Shown here: piece after piece, positions 54,136 through 64,000 of the stretch
How the letters are laid out: each line of letters starts with the position of its first letter
Position numbering within the stretch: position 1 is the first letter of the stretch
Source of the DNA: Eledone cirrhosa
Lineage: Eukaryota
Direction: 5' to 3'
Length of the DNA stretch: 64,000 nucleotides
Assembly: GCA_964016885.1 (NCBI GenBank)
Contig: OZ024742.1
Location: 141,298,001-141,362,000 of the forward strand
Made by a program: the position numbers and the translations under genes
The notes under the pieces: model-generated
Told to the model about the DNA's origin: nothing
What the model saw: the letters and a program-made list of their open reading frames with translations, nothing else
Database searches by the model: none

Positions 54136-55393
54136 TTATCTCTTTCTCTTAATTTCGAGTATATTTTTTTGACCGGCCACCTTCCTGGTGGCAAGGTTGT
54201 AAAAGAAAAGAAATTGTCATCCCTTGAATCGCAAGAATGTTTTGCAAATTTTGAAGGTGCCAGCTATCGCAGCCATTTGTAGACTATGAATTAGTGAACT
54301 GCGCTTTTTGTCCGCAAATCCAAGTTCAGTCATACTTTGGTCCAAGCGGGTTGGTATATAACCCGTAGCTCCAATAATGATGGGTATGAAGCTAAAGGTG
54401 TATCTTGGATACTGGATTTGTAAACTCCTCATCAATGGTCCGTAGATGTCCTCCTCCTGTATTTTTCTGACAACGTTTACATCAGGTGGGCAGCTGATTT
54501 CCACAACAGAACACGTTTTCAATGTGTGGTTCCAAACAACAATATCAGGCCGGTTGTGCTTTAATTTGGTGGCAGTTTTTATTTTCAGGTTCCACCAGTA
54601 TTCCTTAGTGCCATCTGTCTCAATATATTCTTCCTCGTTTGTTGTTAATTATGTGTTCCGAAGTGCGTTCCAGATGGTTCTAGCTATCCCATCGTGTCTC
54701 ATGGGGAGGTAGTAGAGAGATGACATTCTTTCGCAGCTGGCAACAATGTGGCTTACATCCTCGATCTTTGTTTTACATAGCCTACATTTATTGTCAGCTG
54801 CTGGCCCTCCTCTTTTGTGCAGCAGATATTTGGTAGGGAGTTCTTGTTCCTGTATTGCATAGAGATATCCCTCAAGGTGTGATGTCATAAACTTGTCGGA
54901 ACTCCATACCAGGCTTTTTGAGTGGTTTATCCCCTCTATGGTCTGTGTTTTACGCCTCAAGTATCCATGCACAACTTTTTCAGTAAATTGGTCAATTTTT
55001 TTTATCTTGTTTGAACATTGAATAGGATCTTCCGATTTCTCTGGGTGAGAGATTTATATCAGGCTTTATTCCATATCTCTCCTCCAGATCAGTCGCAATT
55101 CTAATGATATTTTTTTTTTCATGCTCATAAACCTGGGCAAGATGGTTGCCAACCTTTTTCCTCTGTTGAAGGTGTTGCTTCAGTGTTACTATCCGGGTCT
55201 CATATGTTGTTAATATTGATTTTAGACCCCGGCCACCTTCCTTGCGTGAGAAGTATAGCCTATCCACATCACCATTGATGTTAAAGTTCCCAGTAACACT
55301 GAGAAGTTTTCGAGTTCTAACATCCATCTCACTTAGTTCTTGCAATGACCAGTTCAGCAGGCCAAATGTTGGCGTTAGAATTGGCACAGCATA
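54136..55393 (-). mobile_element. R4/Dong-like RLE element 3, 5'-truncated, embedded in (CATA)n
   Basis: DVDRLY..RKEGGRGL, AIQEQEL, CRLC..H..C, MRHD, HNRPD, VEISCP, PIIIGATG. Perfect (ATGT)n on both sides. Confidence 0.88.
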
Positions 55394-55589
55394 AGTATGT
55401 ATGTATGTATGTATGTATGTATGTATGTATGTATGTATGTATGTATGTATGTATGTATGTATGTATGTATGTATGTATGTTCTTCTGGTTTTATAATTTC
55501 CCAGATTTTTTTCCCAATAAAGAGAGCATCGGTTTCTAATATAGACACAAGACTCTCTCATTGGAATTTACACAACATCAACTGGGTAG

Positions 55590-57045
55590 ATTATGTATGC
55601 ATGCATGTGTAGATATGGATGTTATTGTATGTGTGGATGTGTATGTTTTGAGTTATATGTGTGCATGTGTATATGCTTTGCATCTGTACATGTGTATATG
55701 CAGTTATTAGATGCAAAACTTTTGGAATGTTTTACATATTTTTACTGTTCCATTAATGGATTGTACTTGTAATTTCCTAACTAGTTGTGTTCTTTCTGTT
55801 CCTGTGAAGCCTAGCTTCTCAAGATTTTATATTGAGGCAGTTACTATCATACCCCAGTGCCCCAATAACCACAGGCATAAATCTGAAGGTGTAATCAGGG
55901 TGGAGTATCTGCAGATTTCTCATCAGTTCTGCATAAATACTCTCCTTTTCGTTAATCTTTGATATTATATTGACGTCTGCTGGGCAGCTAATTTCCACTA
56001 CTGTGCATGCTTTCTTGTCCCTGTCCCATATAATAATATCTGGTCTGTTATGCCTGCATTTTATTGGGGTTTTTACTGGAACATTCCACCAGTACTCTTT
56101 CATATTATGTACATGGATGTCTTCCACATTGCTGTAGCTTTTAATGTGTTTATTATCGGGGCTATCTTTTTTACGAACTGCATTGTAAAGTGTTTTGGCC
56201 ACTACATCATGCCTCATAGCTAGATAGTACTGCGATGACATCTTTTGACAGCTGCTGATGACATGGGTGATATCCTCGATGTTAGTTCTGCAGAGTCTGC
56301 GTTTGTTATCACATCTAGGTGTTTTGCCTGCATCCCTATCTCTTTTGTGAATCAGGTATTTCGTGTTAATTTCCTGTTCTTGGATTGCAAAAGCGTATCC
56401 TTCAAAGTGGGAGCCAATATAACGGTTGTTGGTCCAATATAGACTACTTTCCTTATCTATATTACTCTCACTCTGGAGCTTCCTGGCAACATATCCATGC
56501 ATGATTTTTTGCTGATAAGCATGCAGTTTTTCATCCATGGATTCACTGCGATACTGCTGAACGACTTCCCTGGGTGTGAGTTTTTGATTATCCCACAGGG
56601 AATATCTCTCGAGGAGTTCCTTCCCAACTCTCATGATCTTATCTGTTTCATGCAGATAGACTTGCTCGAGAAATGGGCTCCTACGCTTCGAGGTTCGTAG
56701 ATATTGTCGGAGAGATATGATGCGACATTCAAATGTTGTCTGGACTGATGTTAGGCCTCTGGCTCCCTGCTTACGTTTCAAGTAAAGGCGGTCTATATCA
56801 CTGTTGATGTGGAAGTTTCCGGTTTTATTTAGTATTTTTCGAGTTCCAACATCAACTGCTCGGATTTCGTCTATCGTCCAATTGAGTATTCCAAGCCACT
56901 GTTTTGTTTTGCGCAGAGAGTTCCGATGACCAGATCTTTCTTAACGGGGTGTAGTATTCGCTGGTTACGCGTTCTTTATTACAGATACCATTATAGGATA
57001 TGTTCTAATCTATCCCCAGGTATCTGTAGCAGTCCTCATCAGATA
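55590..57045 (-). mobile_element. R4/Dong-like RLE element 4, 5'-truncated, same sub-lineage as element 3
   Basis: YRYLG, DIDRLY..GARGL, AIQEQEI, MRHD, HNRPDII, VEISCP, PVVIGALG; stop at ~55707. Confidence 0.88.
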
Positions 57046-57064
57046 TGTATGTATGGTAACTGGT

Positions 57065-57495
57065 AACATGTAACCGAGTACAACCTGTCACATGGTCGCG
57101 TCGTCGGCGACTAAACCGGCAACCCCACCAAGTTTACTTGGTGGGGAGGGTAGTGGAGAGAGGACAAAAAAAACAAAACCTGACAAAGGGCGGAAGAACT
57201 CATAAGAGTCAACGGCCATCCAAAAGTATGTAAATATGTATATACACATGTACCGCGCGGTTAAACCACTGGGAGTGAAGGACCCCTAGCCTTTGTCAGG
57301 GCATTCTTCTAGGAGTACGCAACTCAGAAAACTGGGATAACTCCGATATAAAACCTGCGGCTCAGTAGTTACCGATGATGTTGATCTTTTCTTCTTTTCG
57401 GGTTATAGCTACTGTCGCTCAGAGAGTGGGATTGGCTCAGTGCACAGTCTTTCCTCACTTTAAAAAATATCTTCACGCACAGGCATTGTACGATA
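57065..57495 (+). mobile_element. RTE-related non-autonomous element (longer copy)
   Basis: 3' ~240 bp nearly identical to 35690-35930. GC-rich 5' part with hairpin CCCCACCAAG.ttta.CTTGGTGGGG. No ORF. Confidence 0.65.
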
Positions 57496-57689
57496 GAATT
57501 AATTAATATTTATTAATAATGGTATATCGTGCAATGGCCATACTCGATAACGAGGGGGGCAGTCATCATCATGTATGTATGTACGTACTTATGTATGTAT
57601 GTATGTATTTATGTATGTATATATGTATGCATGTATGTATGCATATATGTATGTATGTTTTTCAAGTTTTATTTCTTTCTTTCTCACTA

Positions 57690-57725
<36 letters not shown>

Positions 57726-57810
57726 GGAGAGAGAGTGAGCGAAAGAGAGAAAGAGATAGTTTCTAACACAGAAACAAGGCTATTTCATTGGAATTTAGAC
57801 ATCAACTAGA

Positions 57811-57904
<94 letters not shown>

Positions 57905-57956
57905 GCATAAGGAAAGTATATACTTTCAAACGTTCAATCATCTGACAGGAAGGTAT

Positions 57957-57999
57957 ACGATGCTGACGATAGCTGATAAGCTTGAAACTAGTATATCGT
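57957..57999 (+). ncRNA. Minimal type I hammerhead ribozyme
   Basis: acgatg-CTGACGA-tagct.gata.agctt-GAAA-ctag-TA-tatcgt. Confidence 0.75.
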
Positions 58000-58260
58000 T
58001 CCTGTGTCAGTGTTTAACAAAAAGGCGACGATGGTTGCCGAACACTGTACGGCGTAATTCGGGCTGTTTGTTTACAAACAAACCGAACATTATAATAAAT
58101 GTTCGGTAAACCCATACGTACATATATATATGTGTGCATGTATGTATATATATACATACTACTGTACGTCTGTATACATATATGTATGTACGTATACATA
58201 CTTACATTTAAGTATCAGCCGTACTAAGAGTGAGAAAAGAAATTTCGTTTCATTCTTTTC

Positions 58261-58308
<48 letters not shown>

Positions 58309-58383
58309 CCGGGAGCTTCCAACAGAAATGGTCGCATTCTCTAAGGGTATGTTAATATTTATTTATAAAACTGATCTATATTA

Positions 58384-58448
58384 TATTTTATCTGATGAAA
58401 GCACACCATAATTTAACTTGGTGTCCTTGAAATGTGTATAATGAAATA
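58384..58448 (+). ncRNA. Type I hammerhead ribozyme, same family as 15253-15319
   Basis: tattttat-CTGATGA-aagcacacca..tggtgtcctt-GAAA-tgtgta-TA-atgaaata. Confidence 0.8.
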
Positions 58449-58607
58449 AATATGGTTTTATAAATATAGTTTCCATTTGTTAATATATCGTATTTTTACT
58501 CCAATAATTTGTTGAGTGCTTTATATCAGTTATAAAAATATTTGCTTGTTGTATCGCAACAATTTAAATAGAACTTTTGCATATATATATCTATATATAT
58601 ATCTATA

Positions 58608-58685
<78 letters not shown>

Positions 58686-58709
58686 AGAGGAGAGGGAGAT
58701 GCAGTAGAT

Positions 58710-59380
58710 GTACAGGGAAATTAGACAGTAGAAGTCGCATTGATAGACACATTTTTCAAATACAGGAGGGCGCTATAGAAGTGGTGGATAGCTTCCGGTA
58801 CCTAGGAGATCAGATTAGCATGGGAGGAGGGTGTTCCGAGGCCATGGGTTGGAAGAAGTTTAGGGAGCTGCTTCCTCTGTTGACGAAGAAGGGTTTCTCC
58901 CTGCGTAGGAAAGGCCGGTTGTATGATGCCTGTGTGAGGAGCGCGATGCTGCATGGTAGTGAGACATGGGTAGCAACTGCAGAGGATATGCGACGGCTGG
59001 AGAGAAATGAGGCAAGCATGCTCCGTTGGATGTGCAGTGTAAATGTGCGTGAACGACCCAGCATAAATGTGTTGAGAGAGAAACTGTGTCTGAGAGGGAT
59101 AGAATGTAGTGTACGGGAGAGGAGACTGAGGTGGTATGGACATGTGATGCGCATGGAGGATGACCGATGGGTGAAGAAGTGCCAGGAATTGCCAGTTGAA
59201 GGAAGACGTGGTAGAGGTAGACCACGAAAAACATGGGCGGAGGTGGTGCGAACAGACCTCAGATCGTTGAAGCTCACGATGGAGATGACGAGGGACCGTG
59301 ACGAGTGGAGAGATGCTGTGCTGAATAAGACCCGTCCCACCCTTGCAAGCAGGGAAAAGCGGACGTAAAATGATGATGAT

Positions 59381-59382
<2 letters not shown>
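58710..59382 (+). pseudogene. RTE LINE 3' fragment with (TGA)n tail
   Basis: FRYLG, KGRLYDACVRSAMLHGSETW, RLRWYGHVMRM, GRPRKTW; ATGATGATGATGA tail. Confidence 0.9.
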
Positions 59383-59422
<40 letters not shown>

Positions 59423-59629
59423 CATATATATATATTTGAAATATATATAGTTGAAATCGGCGGTCGCTAATGGTCAACTTCCTTCGGACATGCGCCTGCG
59501 CAGACCGGTGGCGGTGAATTGGTACTCGCAGGGGTGAAGGATGAAGAACCCAAAAGCACACACTTCGTCCGTTCCCATGTCGATTCAACTTGGATTGCCT
59601 CGGAAACATAACCTTATTATGTAACATCA

Positions 59630-59703
59630 GCTGTCTGATGATGTCACGACACTGGCACACAGAACAGTGTGGCCAGTGTCGTCATTGAAATATATATCAC
59701 AGC
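59630..59703 (+). ncRNA. Type I hammerhead ribozyme with long helix II
   Basis: gctgt-CTGATGA-tgtcacgacactggcacac..gtgtggccagtgtcgtcatt-GAAA-tatata-TC-acagc. Confidence 0.82.
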
Positions 59704-59827
59704 ATTATTATTAAAGGACTTGAACACCTGAAAGTACTTCGCTTTTACTTATTCTATATTTACTCCGTCACTCCTACGTGGAAAAAGTACGTTGAGTGCT
59801 TGAATTGAATTGCATCAATATTTACCC

Positions 59828-59898
<71 letters not shown>

Positions 59899-60090
59899 CG
59901 AAGGAAGTCTGGTAAGGAACTAGGTGGATATAACGTACCAGACTACTCGATACTTTGGGTAGTAGAGTGAGTAATAGGAAAATTTTCAGGAACGCGACGG
60001 CAGAGCTCAAGCCGTTTCGAGGGCTATTTCTGAGTCCAGAAATAGCCGTTGAAACTGCTTGAGCTCTGCCGTCGGTGACCTGAACACTTT

Positions 60091-60181
<91 letters not shown>

Positions 60182-60650
60182 AGGGTGGCTCTTAGCAATA
60201 GATAATTTTCCGAAAGTTAAAATTGCTGCTCCTACCCCCTAATCCTGTTTCAATTAACAAAAACACGGGGTGTGCAAAGTTTCAGCTCAATCAGACAACT
60301 GTTAGGCGACCCTCAAAACCCTTGAAACTGAAACATAGTATACGCAACGATTAATTCTGTTCAAAAGAGGTTAACTGTTCCCTATCTCGACCATTTTCTT
60401 TTTTCTTCTTAGAGAAATTTATGTGGACACATCCAGGGAACCCCAGCAAATGTTTAGAAACGTTCTGAATCAAATTTGCCAATAGTTAATTTGAAAAGTT
60501 CCTGAAATACATGGAAAACTTAAGAAATATTAGGTTTTCCCAATAAAGCACACAACTTTTATAAGAGAAACGCATTTTTATTTACAATAATCATTTCTAT
60601 AGAATCAAAAAACATAATGTGAACACTGAACACTGAATAGTGAACATTAC

Positions 60651-60842
60651 GGTGGATTGGCAGTATCGGTAGAGGGTCAGACACCATGCTTTCCAGCATA
60701 GTTACGTCCCTTTACGATCTGAGTTCAAATCCCGCCGAGGTTGACTTTGCCTTTCATCCTTACAAGGTCGATAAAATAAAGTACCAGTAATGCACTGGGA
60801 TAATTGATGGCCTTGTGCCAAAAGTAGAAACAATTATTTCTG
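60651..60842 (+). mobile_element. tRNA-derived SINE, family B
   Basis: A-box TGGCAGTATCGG, B-box GAGTTCAAATCC, tail GGCCTTGTGCCAAAAGTAGAAACAATTATT. Confidence 0.88.
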
Positions 60843-60850
60843 CGTAATGC

Positions 60851-61083
60851 GGTGGATTGGCAGTAGAGGGCAGTGGATTGGCAGTAAGGGGCGGTGGATT
60901 GACAGTATCGGTAGAGAGTCGGACGCCATGCTTTGCAGCACAGTTACGTCCCTTTACGGACTGAGTTCAAATCCCGCCGAGGTTAACTTTGCCTTTCATC
61001 CTTACGGGGTCGATAAAATAAAGTACCAGTAATACACTGGGATAATTGCTGTCCTTGTGCCAAAAGTAGAAACAATTATTTCT
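60851..61083 (+). mobile_element. tRNA-derived SINE, family B, tandem copy with triplicated 5' head
   Basis: Three RGTGGATTGRCAGTA units at 21-bp spacing, then a body highly similar to 60651-60842. Confidence 0.88.
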
Positions 61084-62039
61084 GCATAGTTCTGGTAGTT
61101 GGGTATATTTTACGGTTTTCGGTAACGATCTGTAAAACAGTTTCATTTATTATAATCCTGAATGAGTTTGACACCTCTTTCTGCAACATTATTCACAACT
61201 GTCTCCTCAAGTTTTTCATGTCCACTTTTGTAACCAAGATCATCCTTCCATGTTGAGGGTCTTTGACGAGGAAATCGGTGCTGACAAAAATCTCGTAAAG
61301 AAAGTTTTTGTACCAAAAGTTACAAAAGACGAAAACTCGATGTTTGTAAAGGAAGAAAAGTCATTTTGGTGCAGAATGTACCTCTTCAGTTGATATTTTT
61401 GCTTCTTCCTCTTCTTCACCTTTGTCTCCTTCCAGCAGTCTGCTCGCCTAGCTCTCCTTTTCTCATTGCTCTCCCTGTTCGCCCTTTCACCTTGCTCTCC
61501 TTGTTCGCCCTTTCACCTTGCTCTCCTTGCTCTCTTTTTCTTCTTCCCCTCCTTGCTCTCTTTGCTCTCCTTTTCTTCTTCCTCTCCTTGCTCTCCTTTT
61601 CTCCTTGCTCTCTTTGCTCTCCCTTTCTCCTTGTATCTATGTACTTCAAAATTTCACGGTCGATGAGGGCCGCGTTACAGTTGTCCGCTTCAGCTAAAGC
61701 TTTGCATAGATTGGTCTTTTGTTAATTGAAACAAGATAGTGGGGTGGGAGCTAAACTTTTAGAAAGTTGAAAAATAAGGGCCACCCTAATATATATATAT
61801 ATATATATATTATTATTATGTAATAAACAACATAAGGCAATTATTCCATTTACCAGTGGTTTCTTAAAAGCAAAAGGTTTTGCTTTCAATCATCAGAACG
61901 GAAAAAGCTGGTTTGTTTATTGAATTTGGATTACAAAACCAAAAATGCAATCTATATGAAAGTGAGGCTGGAGAAGGGAGAAGGAAAGGAAAAATAAAAT
62001 AAAACTACGCATGCAAACACACACACAAAAAAACCCAAA

Positions 62040-63730
<1,691 letters not shown>

Positions 63731-64000
63731 ATAGGTATGTGAAGGGCAAAACAAAAAGAATATATGGGGGGGGGGGGGGGAGGGGGGCTAAGAGGAGGTA
63801 AAAATATAAGGGGAGGTAAGAGAGAAAAAAATTTTAAATATACAAGAGTACAGAAGGTAGAATCAGCAAAATAAAAACCGTAGCAGAAGTAAAGAGCAGG
63901 GAAGGAGTTCAAGGCGGTTGATTTATCATAGGAGTGTCAATCCAGTTACAGATCAGATGCGATTTCAGATGAGGACAGCATCTGAAGATCTCAGTCTTTG

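Larger units (their letters stand above)
60181..61788 (-). mobile_element. hATm-like DNA transposon, internally deleted
   Basis: TAGGGTGGC..CTTA termini with ~85-bp imperfect TIRs. Minus-strand remnant VVNNVAERGVKLIQDYN..LQIVTENRKIYP (~61095-61330) resembles the hATm transposase C-terminus. Confidence 0.75.

Noticed and set aside
60651-60740. tRNA gene
   Set aside because: A and B boxes are present, but there is no cloverleaf and the sequence continues into a multi-copy SINE body.
61820-61915. Minus-strand CTGATGA/CTGAAGA..GAAA in a repeat shared with 63365-63470
   Set aside because: Helix II is absent or minimal and helix I does not form; treated as a degenerate dispersed repeat.

Overview
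Eukaryotic, repeat-dominated DNA. The SINE families, microsatellite load and TE mix suggest a coleoid cephalopod (Octopus-like) genome; this is an inference from recalled SINE sequence, not a database result. Positions 1-13586 are a 20-bp tandem satellite (~680 units), and its giant + strand ORFs are an artefact of a stop-free unit. The rest is a TE mosaic: one 5'-truncated Penelope-like element (RT + GIY-YIG, inverted pLTRs), two nearly intact and two partial R4/Dong-like RLE non-LTR retrotransposons, a near full-length RTE LINE with three C-terminal C2H2 fingers, CRE and RTE fragments, hAT, hATm, mariner and Helitron-like DNA elements, and tRNA-derived SINEs. Two phase-compatible candidate exons lie on the minus strand. 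Main observations: (1) the satellite unit matches the first ~20 nt of a tRNA-SINE present in this window, and one SINE copy already has that head triplicated; (2) about 10 distinct hammerhead ribozyme motifs, many with U3/A8 core covariation and palindromic helix III, sit in small, mostly (TA)n-associated elements, several of them fold-backs (retrozyme/PLE-like); (3) two divergent R4/Dong elements share a candidate structured 5'-UTR motif, and a related element is embedded in (CATA)n rather than (TAA)n.
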